Virus record (IMG/VR): IMGVR_UViG_3300046167_000554
Span: 32,001 to 96,000 of that record
Origin: a virus
Reading direction: 5' to 3' (one strand)
Length of the DNA stretch: 64,000 nucleotides
The translations under genes and the position numbers were made by a program. This document shows, piece after piece, positions 1-9,819 of the stretch. Under the pieces are notes generated by a model. The model saw only the letters and a list, made by a program, of their open reading frames with translations, searched no databases and was not told where the DNA came from. Every line of letters begins with the position of its first letter. Position 1 is the first letter of the stretch.

Positions 1-1
1 G

Positions 2-136
2 GTTGCACTAGTATCTTTAGTGTCATTCTTCTTTTTTGATGAGGGTACAAAGGGGGTGCAGAGAGACCCTTATTACGGGAAGAAAACAGGAACAATATAT
101 ACTGCAAAATCATCACGAAGTGACCATCTATTGTGA
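2..136 (+). CDS. 3' end of small membrane protein (partial)
   Basis: Frame 2 reads VALVSLVSFFFFDEGTKGVQRDPYYGKKTG...DHLL*; its stop overlaps the next start. Confidence 0.5.
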   Translation, partial: VALVSLVSFFFFDEGTKGVQRDPYYGKKTGTIYTAKSSRSDHLL

Positions 137-777
137 GTTGGAATGATGACTATGCAGTAGTGTTGATGTCGGGTGGAGTTGAATCCACTGCAACACTTGA
201 TTGGGCAGTAAAGAAGAAGTATAAGAAACTTATTGCAGTCCATAGTATGTGGACAGACATAGAGATAACAGGGTCACGAGAGTTTAACCCAAACATACAA
301 AAGATATGTGATTGGTATGATGTACCATTATACATATATAAACAATCTAACCCTTTAGAGGGATTAGATATTGAAGGGATTGATTATGTGCATTCCTCAA
401 ACCATTGGTTGATTACTGCAATGAATATTGCATCAAGGTATCCAACAATAAAGAACTTCCTTTGGGGAGTCAACAATGGGATAAGGGCAGTTGGAGATAG
501 TGGTGGAGATTTTCCATTCCTTCCAAGGTCATGGCAGTTCACAATTGCATTTGACCAATATGTGCATAACATGGGTAAGGATGGGGGTCAACGATTATGG
601 CCACCTTGTTCATTCATGACCAAGTTGCAGATGTGGGAAACGATTCCCGATGAAGTCAAACCACTGGTTCAATCATGTGGAAGACCACTTAAATACGATG
701 GTGTATCACCATGTGGGGAGTGTTTTAAGTGTAATGAATTTAAGACAATGTTAGATGGTGTAACCCCAAAACCATAA
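133..777 (+). CDS. queC: QueC-like PP-loop ATPase (7-cyano-7-deazaguanine synthase family)
   Basis: N-terminal VVLMSGGVES PP-loop; C-terminal SC...CGECFKC zinc motif. Confidence 0.7.
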   Translation: MSWNDDYAVVLMSGGVESTATLDWAVKKKYKKLIAVHSMWTDIEITGSREFNPNIQKICDWYDVPLYIYKQSNPLEGLDIEGIDYVHSSNHWLITAMNIASRYPTIKNFLWGVNNGIRAVGDSGGDFPFLPRSWQFTIAFDQYVHNMGKDGGQRLWPPCSFMTKLQMWETIPDEVKPLVQSCGRPLKYDGVSPCGECFKCNEFKTMLDGVTPKP

Positions 778-786
778 GGAGAAATT

Positions 787-1041
787 ATGATTGAAATATT
801 CGGAAAAACACAATGTCCATATTGTGATAAAGCAAAAGCTTTATGTGAGAAGGAAGGACTAGAATACACATACTCACAACTAGACGCTGACTTTACAAGA
901 GAAGAACTCTTTGAACAGTTTCCAACTGCAAGAACCTTTCCACAAATCAGAGTCAGAGAAACAGAAAATACTTGGACTTACATTGGTGGTTACGACCAAC
1001 TTGCAGAATATGTAAAACACGGAGACGTTTGGGAAGACTGA
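787..1041 (+). CDS. nrdC: Glutaredoxin
   Basis: CPYC active site, TFPQI and IGGYDQL motifs; SD AGGAG. Confidence 0.92.
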   Translation: MIEIFGKTQCPYCDKAKALCEKEGLEYTYSQLDADFTREELFEQFPTARTFPQIRVRETENTWTYIGGYDQLAEYVKHGDVWED

Positions 1042-1286
1042 TGTCTAGTTACCATATATATCTTAACCTCAAACATATGCAAGATGTAAATGACGAGAGG
1101 TTACAACATATTGTCAAAATGGTCGATAAAGAGATTCATGAAGTGAGGGTATATACCAAAGGATTAGACTTCCAAGGTAACCCACATGACAGACCATTAC
1201 CTTATGGTATTATTGATGGTAAACCAAAAACACATGAAAACTTCTTTAAAGAGGTTATAGGGGAGAAAGAGTTAGATGAAGATTAA
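1041..1286 (+). CDS. Hypothetical protein
   Basis: ATG overlaps the glutaredoxin stop (TGATG); MSSYHIYLNL... Confidence 0.6.
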   Translation: MSSYHIYLNLKHMQDVNDERLQHIVKMVDKEIHEVRVYTKGLDFQGNPHDRPLPYGIIDGKPKTHENFFKEVIGEKELDED

Positions 1287-1434
1287 AGTATTTTGTAATG
1301 CATGTAAATCAGAATGTGATGTATTGCATGACATGGATTCACACCAATATGAGATAGACCATTGTCCATTTTGTGGTGCAGACATAACTGAAGATGAAAG
1401 AGAAATTTTAGAGGATGATGAAAGTGAGGAATAG
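1276..1434 (+). CDS. Small zinc-ribbon protein (52 aa, below the ORF track cutoff)
   Basis: MKIKVFCNACKSEC...HCPFCGAD with acidic tail; CxxC...CPFC. Confidence 0.75.
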   Translation: MKIKVFCNACKSECDVLHDMDSHQYEIDHCPFCGADITEDEREILEDDESEE

Positions 1435-1775
1435 TGGAGATATATTGCAAAGACAATAACATGTTGAACAATGCAATTTATCTTGCACAACAACTAGGTA
1501 TTGAAACAGAGAAAGGGGTCGAGTTAACCATAAAAAGACTACCACCCCAATTCGTTCAGAAGGGACTAATCGAGTACCCTAGAATAACATCCAAACAAAA
1601 AATGCATCTAGACATCTTTGTCAAATATGACAAGGAAAGATACATTACACTTGCACATGAAATGGTGCATGTAAGACAGGTAATTAGGGATAAATTCATT
1701 GATGAGAACGAGGCTTATATCCTTGAAAAGACGTTAAAAACACTTGACAATGACCTACTAAAAGTTGTATACTAA
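1434..1775 (+). CDS. HEXXH zincin-like metallopeptidase domain protein
   Basis: LAHEMVHVRQ...E motif. Confidence 0.6.
   Translation: MEIYCKDNNMLNNAIYLAQQLGIETEKGVELTIKRLPPQFVQKGLIEYPRITSKQKMHLDIFVKYDKERYITLAHEMVHVRQVIRDKFIDENEAYILEKTLKTLDNDLLKVVY
1744..1773 (+). promoter_or_regulatory. sigma70-type early promoter
   Basis: TTGACA-18 bp-TATACT; member of the repeated TTGACA(A/G)TG(A/T)CC family. Confidence 0.75.
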
Positions 1776-1779
1776 CAGT

Positions 1780-2280
1780 ATGGAAAATAAAGTAATAAAG
1801 AGAATCTTCGTTGATATGGACGGAGTACTTGCAGATTTCAACACTGGTGTTGAAACATTGACAGGGAGAGAATTCCCTAATACCGACCAAGGTCATAACG
1901 ATTATGACGAAAGGAAGGAAGAGTTAACGAACAAGAGATTGTTCAGAATGTTACCACCTATGCCCGATATGTATGACCTTGTTGGTTATATAAGACATAC
2001 AGGACTTCCTTGGGAAATCCTAACTGCAGCTGGTGTTATCAACAGAGAATTAGTAGTGTTCGATAAGAACGAATGGATTAAGGAACATGTGAGTCCAACA
2101 GTGGTAGTTACATGCACCATGACTGGTAGTCAGAAAGGTATGTTTGCAATCAAAGGAAGTGTTCTTATTGACGACAGACAAAAGAACCTTGATGCATGGA
2201 TAGAACATGGTGGAATAGGTATCCTTCACACGAGTGCAGAAGATACGATTAACCAACTAAAAGTTTTAAGAAACAGTTAA
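1780..2280 (+). CDS. HAD-family 5'(3')-deoxyribonucleotidase-like protein
   Basis: IFVDMDGVLADF, LIDDRQKN and W...GG.GILH motifs. Confidence 0.8.
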   Translation: MENKVIKRIFVDMDGVLADFNTGVETLTGREFPNTDQGHNDYDERKEELTNKRLFRMLPPMPDMYDLVGYIRHTGLPWEILTAAGVINRELVVFDKNEWIKEHVSPTVVVTCTMTGSQKGMFAIKGSVLIDDRQKNLDAWIEHGGIGILHTSAEDTINQLKVLRNS

Positions 2281-2338
2281 TTCTAGACTACTAAATATAA
2301 GACACCATATGGTGTCTTTTCACATATGTGGAGAACTT

Positions 2339-2602
2339 ATGAAATTTGATATAACAAAACTAAAAAACATAGGATGGAGATTTTGGGAATGGTTGAAATC
2401 ACTATTCAAATCTCAATACGAGATAACAGTGTATCGTCAATCAGAAACAGGAACTGGTGCAATGTATAAATCCGAATATGTGTCAAGAAACATCTTGATA
2501 AACAAACCAAAACACTTAAAGTTTAAAGACTACGAGACCAAGAACATGGTAGAGATTCGTAGTGTCAAAGGACTCGAAGTGAAAATAGTAGAGGTAGACT
2601 AA
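2339..2602 (+). CDS. Hypothetical protein
   Basis: SD GGAG; ACTAAATA late-like promoter at 2290. Confidence 0.6.
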   Translation: MKFDITKLKNIGWRFWEWLKSLFKSQYEITVYRQSETGTGAMYKSEYVSRNILINKPKHLKFKDYETKNMVEIRSVKGLEVKIVEVD

Positions 2603-2985
2603 TGAACCAATTAACAATGGGTCTTCTAGTTGCACTAGGTCTAGTGACGTTCTTTTTATATAATCAGAACCAAACACTTACTGAAAACAACTTGAAACTA
2701 GAAAATGCAGTTGCAGAACAACAGGCAACAATGGATGCAATGAAAGAATCCTTTGAGAAACAAGGAAAGGCATTACAGAACATGTCAAGGGTAAATGCAG
2801 AGATAGAACAAGAGAAGGCAGAGTATCTACAGATATTTGCAAGACATAATCTTAATGCACTTGCAGTTGCAAAGCCAGGATTGATTACCAAGAGGGTAAA
2901 CAACGGAACAAACAAAGTATTTGAGGGAATAGAAGATGACACTAAGAACATTAGCAATCTTGACACTAGCACTAACGATAAGTAG
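2602..2985 (+). CDS. Inner-membrane spanin (Rz/i-spanin-like)
   Basis: N-terminal transmembrane helix, then coiled coil; AKPGLI motif; overlaps a lipoprotein gene. Confidence 0.7.
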   Translation: MNQLTMGLLVALGLVTFFLYNQNQTLTENNLKLENAVAEQQATMDAMKESFEKQGKALQNMSRVNAEIEQEKAEYLQIFARHNLNALAVAKPGLITKRVNNGTNKVFEGIEDDTKNISNLDTSTNDK

Positions 2986-3445
2986 TTGCAGTATTTTAGG
3001 AACAAAAAAGGTAGAGATTGTATCTAAACCTTTAGACATAGAAATCATTCAACCCGTCCTTCCAAGACCGATTGAAATGACTGCACCAATATGGTATGTA
3101 GTATCTGAAGCAGAAATCACTAACCCTTGTAAGAAGATAATGGTAGATGGTAAAGAGAAGAGACCAAAATCATGTGCATATGAAGATACAGAACATCCCG
3201 ACTGGCCCACTGATTACACTTACCTTGACCAATTCCTTGACGAGATGAAAGAACAGAATGGTGGAGAGGTAGTATTTGTTGCAACAACAATTGGTGACTA
3301 TGAAACCATGAGTATGAATATGCAAGAGGTCAAGAGATATATCAAACAGTTAGGTCAAGTAGTCGTTTACTACAGAGATGTAACAATCAAGACACCCGAA
3401 GGAGACAAGAAAGGTGTCGGAGTTAAAATAGAGACTAAAGACTAA
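2936..3445 (+). CDS. Outer-membrane lipoprotein spanin (o-spanin-like)
   Basis: Signal peptide with lipobox ISSC; Pro-rich segment; overlaps the i-spanin 3' end. Confidence 0.7.
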   Translation: MTLRTLAILTLALTISSCSILGTKKVEIVSKPLDIEIIQPVLPRPIEMTAPIWYVVSEAEITNPCKKIMVDGKEKRPKSCAYEDTEHPDWPTDYTYLDQFLDEMKEQNGGEVVFVATTIGDYETMSMNMQEVKRYIKQLGQVVVYYRDVTIKTPEGDKKGVGVKIETKD

Positions 3446-4284
3446 TGAAACCTATTGTAATGAGACCACCACTTGGTGATGAACCTATTGAACCACGTAT
3501 AGAGAAGAATGATTCTCAGATTGAAAATGAGTGGACTGAACCAGTAGTCGATTCTTACAGAGAACCCCATTCAGATTTTAAACCTGCTGAAGGTTCAATC
3601 TTTGATGTGTTCCCTACACCTATGTTCAGAGGTTACATGGATATAGACCATGATAAGGTATCTCAAGATGTTAGGGACATGGTTAGTAAAGTAAAGGAGA
3701 GGAACGGAGACGATGTATTACGGAATTACACTACTTACTTTGATACTGATATACGAGAATCTATGTATCAATTGGATTGGTATACAACATTTGCAAATGT
3801 ACTTAAAGATACGTACATCCAATTTATTCATGGGGAATTCAACAGAAGGGTAAACCACCTAACAAGGAAAGACATTCACCTGTTTACATGGGTGAACAGA
3901 TATGAGGGAGAACATGCACATGATGTTCATAACCATATCAACTCAACAATGAGTGGAACCTATTACCCATTAGTCAATGAACACACATCACCAATCAAAT
4001 TCTATAACCCGAATACCTTACAAGGATATGCAACTACTGATGGTAGTGAACCACAAGAAATGAATGGGATAACTAGAGTGGGTGGTATTGATTTCCATCT
4101 ACAACCAATACTCGGAGAGTTCCTACTATGGCCCTCTTACATGATGCATCAAGTACCCCAGTCGGGTCGCGATGATAGTAAAAATTACGAAAGAATATCA
4201 ATATCATTTAACCTAAGTCACAATGAACCTTTACTGGATACTGAACAGGGTGATGATTTACAATATGGATTTATGCATGACTAA
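3445..4284 (+). CDS. 2OG-Fe(II) oxygenase (TIGR02466-like)
   Basis: FPTP, WVN, H.H...SGTYY, LLWPSYMMHQV and RISISFN motifs. Confidence 0.8.
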   Translation: MKPIVMRPPLGDEPIEPRIEKNDSQIENEWTEPVVDSYREPHSDFKPAEGSIFDVFPTPMFRGYMDIDHDKVSQDVRDMVSKVKERNGDDVLRNYTTYFDTDIRESMYQLDWYTTFANVLKDTYIQFIHGEFNRRVNHLTRKDIHLFTWVNRYEGEHAHDVHNHINSTMSGTYYPLVNEHTSPIKFYNPNTLQGYATTDGSEPQEMNGITRVGGIDFHLQPILGEFLLWPSYMMHQVPQSGRDDSKNYERISISFNLSHNEPLLDTEQGDDLQYGFMHD

Positions 4285-4960
4285 AACATTTGCAATAGAA
4301 GAATTATATAAGGTCAGTGGTAAGATAGACCATACCTTTGATGGTTTCTGTATCACTATAGATAATTTCTATGAGAATGCAGAAGACCTCTATGACCATT
4401 TGATGGGTAGACAATATCCTATGTGGAAATACAATAGTGAAAGGAACACACCTAACGGAGTTGAATACAATGATTGTAGAATCGTTGACAAGATAGGACA
4501 CCCAACAAGATTACATGACAATGATATGAAAAGGGTTGAGTCTATATGTCAGAAGTATTTCCATAAAGGACATTACAACTACAATGACCTGTTAGAGTTC
4601 AACTGTTTCCAAACCATTACACAAACCGATACTAAGTTACAACACTACCCACATGTCGACTCTTCCTTTGATACATCTGATGAGTTATCAACACTTAACA
4701 TGTTGGTCTACATGGATAAAGAAGAGGATGGTGGAACTGCAGTTTATGGTGGTAATTGGATTACCAACGATGAACATCAATCACTACTCTATCCAGTAGA
4801 AGACACCTTTGACCTTGAAACTATTATACCACATAAGTTTAATAGATGTGTAATATTTCCAGGCAATAAACTTCATGGTGCATGGATAAATGATTACACT
4901 AAGTATATGGGAGATAAATGGAGATTCACCCAAGTGAAGTTTTTACACCCAACGAGATAA
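4277..4960 (+). CDS. 2OG-Fe(II) oxygenase-like protein
   Basis: PHVD, LVYM...GGT, FNRCVIFPG..LHG and R.TQV motifs. Confidence 0.7.
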   Translation: MTKTFAIEELYKVSGKIDHTFDGFCITIDNFYENAEDLYDHLMGRQYPMWKYNSERNTPNGVEYNDCRIVDKIGHPTRLHDNDMKRVESICQKYFHKGHYNYNDLLEFNCFQTITQTDTKLQHYPHVDSSFDTSDELSTLNMLVYMDKEEDGGTAVYGGNWITNDEHQSLLYPVEDTFDLETIIPHKFNRCVIFPGNKLHGAWINDYTKYMGDKWRFTQVKFLHPTR

Positions 4961-4961
4961 C

Positions 4962-5683
4962 ATGAAAAAGATAACAAGAGCATACAACAAGACTACAGAT
5001 GGTCAACATAGTGAAGACGATAGACTAGTCATTGCAAGAAAGACACTAGATGGTGAAGAATTGTTTTGGACGAATCATACATTATTAAGAAAGGGTGTAT
5101 TGACCAAAGATGATTGCAACAAACTGATAACAATAATGTTATCAAAAGAGTTCAGTGAGTTAGATGAATCATCTTTAAAGGGTCATAGTATCGAACCAAT
5201 GGATAAGACACTACTAGATAATAACACTTCATGGAAGTATGCACATCCCGATGGTAAAGACTATATGAACCTCATACCCGATTCATATGAATTCAATGAG
5301 GCAATGGAAATAGTAATGGATACATTACCCGATGATGAACAATACGGATTGGTAAACTTTGCACAAATAATCAAATACAATACAGGAACACTATTCATTG
5401 GCACAAAGACATTGCAGATTCAAATGATTCTGCAACTGTAATATTCACTCTCAATGATAATTTCGAGGGTGGTCAATTCAACCTAGATGGAGACACTTTT
5501 AACATAGGAGAAGGTGATTCAATTGCCTTCAATAACTCAATAGATAGATGGCACAATGTAAGTCCAATAACCAAAGGAGAACGATTCTGTTTTGCAATTT
5601 GGTTTGGGATTTCAGAGGACGACAATAATGAACAATCAGACAGTGAAATGCAGTCAATGTCAGAAGGAACTTCTGATACATGA
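4962..5683 (+). CDS. 2OG-Fe(II) oxygenase (prolyl-hydroxylase-like), frameshifted near 5395
   Basis: QIIKY in the first frame; another frame continues WHKD...TLNDNFEGG...WHNVSPITKGERFCFAIW. Confidence 0.75.
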
Positions 5684-5801
5684 GATTAAATATCACACAC
5701 CACAACATGAACAACCTATTTACGTATTCTGCGATGCATATTGCAGTCACGATTGGTACGTAAAGAATAAACCGAGAAAAGATAATGCCGATAAAATTTA
5801 G
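5628..5801 (+). CDS. Small zinc-finger protein
   Basis: CSQC...FCDAYCS. Confidence 0.6.
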   Translation: MNNQTVKCSQCQKELLIHEIKYHTPQHEQPIYVFCDAYCSHDWYVKNKPRKDNADKI

Positions 5802-6027
5802 TAAAACCCAAGTAGTAGTTGCAAGAGGAACAGGTAAAAAGACCACAACCAATTATTACATGAAGAACACTTCATTGAAAGAACTCATAGAAACATTTAA
5901 CAAATCACAAGGTGTTAAAGGTAAGGGTAAGTTGAGACAAAAGATTAGTAATGAATTTGCACGTAGAAGAAAGATAGGACAACCTACTGCAGACATAGGA
6001 GTTGCACCAAGTGACTCATTGGTATAA
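5785..6027 (+). CDS. Basic hypothetical protein
   Basis: ORF overlapping both neighbours. Confidence 0.6.
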   Translation: MPIKFSKTQVVVARGTGKKTTTNYYMKNTSLKELIETFNKSQGVKGKGKLRQKISNEFARRRKIGQPTADIGVAPSDSLV

Positions 6028-6661
6028 GAAACCAAGTGACCTAGAAGGTCAAGTGTTAAGTCCATTCGGCCCTCTTATCTATCAAGGTAGAATGAGTCAA
6101 GAGACTGTAGATAAAACCAATCAGTGTATTGATAAAGTCAAGGACGACTTATCACTGGACTTAGTCAGTCAGTTGGCAGGTAGAGTAGAACTTCAAAGAA
6201 GTCTACAAGAGAACATTGACCCAAGTTGCATGGATGAGATAATCGAACATGTAGAATCATTCACTGTTCAGATGGGATTACCAATAACTTCACAAGATTT
6301 TCAGATTCAAGGGTTATGGGCAAACGTTCAACAACGATATGAATACAATCCAATACATTCACATGACGGAATGTTTTCATTCGTATATTACACTAAGAAC
6401 ACTATAACACAAGAACAGGCAACAACAAACAAGTGGGATACAGTTCATGATGACACTGATGGGATGAATAAACCAATCGGTGGAAGTATTGAACTACATT
6501 ATGGAGAACCCCAATGGTGTTCTCAACCTTCATTCTTACATTTCCCACAAGAAGGAGACCTACTGGTATTTCCAGCATGGTTAAGACATTCTGTATACCC
6601 TTTCTATTGTGAAGGTGAGAGAGTAAGTATTGCAGGAAATATTCATCAACGAGAGAGGTAA
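6011..6661 (+). CDS. 2OG-Fe(II) oxygenase (TIGR02466-like)
   Basis: WAN...YNPIHSH..FSFVYY; FPAWLRHSVYPF; RVSIAGN. Confidence 0.8.
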   Translation: MTHWYKKPSDLEGQVLSPFGPLIYQGRMSQETVDKTNQCIDKVKDDLSLDLVSQLAGRVELQRSLQENIDPSCMDEIIEHVESFTVQMGLPITSQDFQIQGLWANVQQRYEYNPIHSHDGMFSFVYYTKNTITQEQATTNKWDTVHDDTDGMNKPIGGSIELHYGEPQWCSQPSFLHFPQEGDLLVFPAWLRHSVYPFYCEGERVSIAGNIHQRER

Positions 6662-6664
6662 ATT

Positions 6665-6829
6665 ATGAGTTTTTGGAATAAATTTACAGACTGGTTAGGT
6701 TTTGAATGGGTCAGAGCAAGAGACGAGAAAGGTCGTTTCATTGCAGATGATAAATCAACACCCGACATAGACGAGTCTAAAAAGAAAGTCTACAAGTCTA
6801 AGACTACTAAGAAACAGTCTAAGAAATAA
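6665..6829 (+). CDS. Small basic phage protein
   Basis: MSFWNKFTDWLGFEWVRARDEKGRFIADDKSTPD...; SD GAGG. Confidence 0.7.
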   Translation: MSFWNKFTDWLGFEWVRARDEKGRFIADDKSTPDIDESKKKVYKSKTTKKQSKK

Positions 6830-6838
6830 TTTAAGAGT

Positions 6839-6914
6839 GGGGTTATAGCTCAGTTGGGAGAGCACCTCGTTTGCAACGAGGGGGTCAACAGTTCGAACCT
6901 GTTTAACTCCACCA
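6839..6914 (+). tRNA. tRNA-Ala (anticodon UGC)
   Basis: 76 nt cloverleaf; acceptor stem GGGGTTA/TAACTCC with the G3:U70 Ala identity pair; anticodon arm CCTCG-TTTGCAA-CGAGG; GTTCGAA T-loop; encoded CCA. Confidence 0.97.
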
Positions 6915-6930
6915 TTTTTAAAGTGAAACT

Positions 6931-7554
6931 ATGCAAAGAATAAACAATAAGAAGAGTGAACGAGATATAGAAGATGTCGGAGAACACATATGGGTGTTCA
7001 AAAACTTCTTTAGTGAAGACTACATTGACGAACTTCTAGATACATTCAGAATTCATGAAGAGAAAGGATTGACCTTACCACGACATGAATATGATACCCA
7101 AGATATCTCTATGAAGAAGGATGATGCAATCTTTCTTAAACACTTACCTGCTTCTATGTTCAATGTTGGGGGTGTATTAGATATCCTCGAAGGGGACGTA
7201 GTCAGACATATGGAATTTGAATACCCAATTATTAAATCCGTTTATGAAGGGTTATTTGTCAGTGGTGCAAAACTACAAAAGACATTACCAAGTGGTGGGT
7301 ATCATAATTGGCATAGTGAACACAATACAGACCCAACATCAAATAGAACACTACTTGCATGGGGTCTGTTCTTAAATACATTAGAAGAGGATGAAGGTGG
7401 TGAACTGGAATTCTTATATCAATCTAAACGATTACGTCCATTACGTAATCATTTGGTAGTGTGGCCCGCAGGGTTCACACATCTACATAGAGGTAATCCA
7501 CCTCTAAAAGGGGAGAAGTTCTTACTAACTGGATGGTTAGACTGGAACGGATAA
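6931..7554 (+). CDS. 2OG-Fe(II) oxygenase
   Basis: GGYHNWHSE, LFLN...GGELEF, WPAGFTHLHRGNPP...K..LTGW. Confidence 0.88.
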   Translation: MQRINNKKSERDIEDVGEHIWVFKNFFSEDYIDELLDTFRIHEEKGLTLPRHEYDTQDISMKKDDAIFLKHLPASMFNVGGVLDILEGDVVRHMEFEYPIIKSVYEGLFVSGAKLQKTLPSGGYHNWHSEHNTDPTSNRTLLAWGLFLNTLEEDEGGELEFLYQSKRLRPLRNHLVVWPAGFTHLHRGNPPLKGEKFLLTGWLDWNG

Positions 7555-7565
7555 TCTAAAAACCC

Positions 7566-7595
7566 CTTACACGATAAGACATTATCGGGTATAAT
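7566..7595 (+). promoter_or_regulatory. Promoter with palindromic operator upstream of the porin gene
   Basis: CTTACA-18 bp-TATAAT; the spacer contains CGATAA-GACA-TTATCG. Confidence 0.55.
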
Positions 7596-7626
7596 AAGAT
7601 ATGCAATTAAGCATAAGGAGAAATAT

Positions 7627-8232
7627 ATGAAAAATATATTAATGACATTAATGTTAATGTCAACAACATCTGCATTTGCAGACGTTACAGGACATGTTGG
7701 TTACGAGAGTGACTACATGTGGAGAGGAGTATCACAATCTCAAGGTGCATCTTCATTTAATGCAAGTATCGAACTAGACACCAATGGTTTCTTTGTCGGT
7801 GCAACATATAATGATGTGGACTATTTGGATAATGATGCAACTAGTGAGAAAGACCTATACGTAGGATATAAGTTAGATGTCATGGACAATCTAGATGTAT
7901 CAATAGGTTTAATCCAATATCGTTTTGATGGTGGATTGGATAGAGTAGAAGAGGGATTTGTAAAGGTAGGATATAACAATCTTAACCTTGCATATTTCGT
8001 GGATACTGATTCAGAAGACGACTATGCATTCGTAAGTTATGACCTATGGTTCATTAACGGATTTGATGCAAGTATCGGATATGGATACCATGACGGAAAT
8101 GATGACTTCTCTATATTGAATGTATCAAAAGACATCAATAACTTTACACTAAGTGCAAAAGTTATGTTAGATGAGGCATTCGAGAATCAGACAACTGATT
8201 CTGTATCATTTGGTTTATCTTATAATTTCTAA
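7627..8232 (+). CDS. Outer-membrane beta-barrel protein (TorF/TIGR02001-like putative porin)
   Basis: Signal peptide ending AFA-D; SDYMWRGVSQS motif; alternating beta strands; C-terminal YNF. Confidence 0.8.
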   Translation: MKNILMTLMLMSTTSAFADVTGHVGYESDYMWRGVSQSQGASSFNASIELDTNGFFVGATYNDVDYLDNDATSEKDLYVGYKLDVMDNLDVSIGLIQYRFDGGLDRVEEGFVKVGYNNLNLAYFVDTDSEDDYAFVSYDLWFINGFDASIGYGYHDGNDDFSILNVSKDINNFTLSAKVMLDEAFENQTTDSVSFGLSYNF

Positions 8233-8253
8233 GATATAAGACCATTCTAAGAT

Positions 8254-8278
8254 GGGGTGCATGTCACCCCTTCTTTTT
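8254..8278 (+). terminator. Intrinsic terminator
   Basis: GGGGTG-CATGT-CACCCC followed by TTCTTTTT. Confidence 0.8.
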
Positions 8279-8396
8279 GTCTAAATACTATTGTGTCACA
8301 TAAATGACACATAACCGAAACAATTATGTCACGAAGACTAAGTAGGGAAACCGAAGTGCAGTTGACAAAACGTTTCAACAACAACAGGAGATATCA

Positions 8397-8510
8397 ATGC
8401 AAGAATATGCATCAATGTCTGCCGAGTACCTTAAGACCCTTGCAGACAAATTTAATATCATGATGAGAGAAGGACACATAGAACATGTGTTAGAAACATT
8501 GAAGTTTTAA
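8397..8510 (+). CDS. Small hypothetical protein (37 aa)
   Basis: SD AGGAG; MQEYASMSAEYLKTLADKF... Confidence 0.55.
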   Translation: MQEYASMSAEYLKTLADKFNIMMREGHIEHVLETLKF

Positions 8511-8521
8511 TCTAAACCCTC

Positions 8522-8551
8522 TTGACAATACCCATGTATTAGTAGTATAAT
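8522..8551 (+). promoter_or_regulatory. sigma70-type promoter
   Basis: TTGACA-18 bp-TATAAT. Confidence 0.75.
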
Positions 8552-8557
8552 TAGTGC

Positions 8558-8904
8558 ATGGGTTTTTTAAATCTAAACAGTAGTATCCGATACGGCCCTA
8601 CGGCCCTCATGGGAAGAAACGGAAAACACGTGCATTTAATACAAAATCAAAACGTACTAAATACAACGAACTAATCTCACAACAACAGGAACTATATGAC
8701 CAAGTGATGAGAGAGGTTAAACAAGAATATCCATCATACGAGGGTATCCCTTTGACAGGTAATATTACACCTAAGAAGGAACCCATGCAATATACTGGTG
8801 AACGTAAGTTAATTGGTATTGCGACTATGCATAAGAGTAATGCAGTCCCCATCTTTGAGGACGACAAACAACATGCAGTCGATATTGCACGTATGAGAAG
8901 ATAA
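8558..8904 (+). CDS. Conserved T4-like hypothetical protein, frame broken by an 8-bp duplication
   Basis: YTG..LIGIATMHKSNAVP...IARMRR C-terminus; TACGGCCC occurs twice in tandem at about 8591-8608. Confidence 0.65.
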
Positions 8905-8947
8905 CTAAATAAACATATACATTATAACATATTATGGAGTACAAATA

Positions 8948-9819
8948 ATGGCAATTGAATTGGTAGTAATAAAAACTGAAGATAACGGAATTACTTCAGA
9001 CATGGTAAACAGATTAGAATTATCATTGAGTAGAGAGAGAAGTCTCATTAATGATGGTTTCAGAATGGCACGTCTGAATATACTTACAGACGACAAGACG
9101 GGTATTAAGAAAACAGAGAACATCAGATTCTTACCTTACGAGGGTAACGACAAGATTACCAACCCCGATTTCCTTAGAATACTACCACATGGTGGATTAG
9201 ACGAGACGATTAGTGAAATGACTAAGACTATCGTATTGGATGGTAACATCATTGCAAGAAACCTTATCACATCATTCCTCATGGATGGTATACCCGACAA
9301 AGGGACATGTAACGAAGGAAACTTCCCATTCACCAACGAACAAAGAGACGATATCAGAGACAATAACCTTACATGTGTTGACCAAGGTCATAACTGGTGG
9401 AAGAGTGATTCTGCAACAGTCTTTACAAGTGCATACATGGGATTCAATCAAACAGAAACCAAATACATGTACGACCTATTCATGGAAGACTCTGTTGCAA
9501 TCCAAGAGAAGTATAACACATTCCAAGAGTGGTGGGAAGATACCTTTGATGGTTTCACTACCCATCCCAAGGTAGGGCTCTCATAGGTGGTTATGCAATC
9601 AACGAAGAAGACGTTAACCTAACCTACAACAAACGATATGAAGAAGTCGTAAGACCTACTTTTCCCGAGAATTGGAGAGGAATAGGTGGTGATGAGAGTG
9701 CAAAGTATATCCATTTAGACCATGAATACAGAACCATTACCAAACAAACCAGTATCCTAATATTAGAAGGGGAAGACGACCCTTCAACAGATAGATACCT
9801 TGAACTATGGATTCTCTAA
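8948..9819 (+). CDS. Hypothetical protein, possibly degenerate glycosyltransferase-like; frameshift near 9580
   Basis: VVIK...VNRL...ILTDD..GI pattern; reading continues in another frame to a stop at 9819. Confidence 0.45.

Noticed and set aside
133-777. Complete 7-deazaguanine DNA modification system
   Set aside because: Only a divergent QueC-like gene is visible; no folE, queD, queE or dpdA in the window.
8591-8608. Phase-variable tandem repeat or target-site duplication (TACGGCCC twice)
   Set aside because: Only two copies with no inserted element; cannot be distinguished from an assembly artefact.
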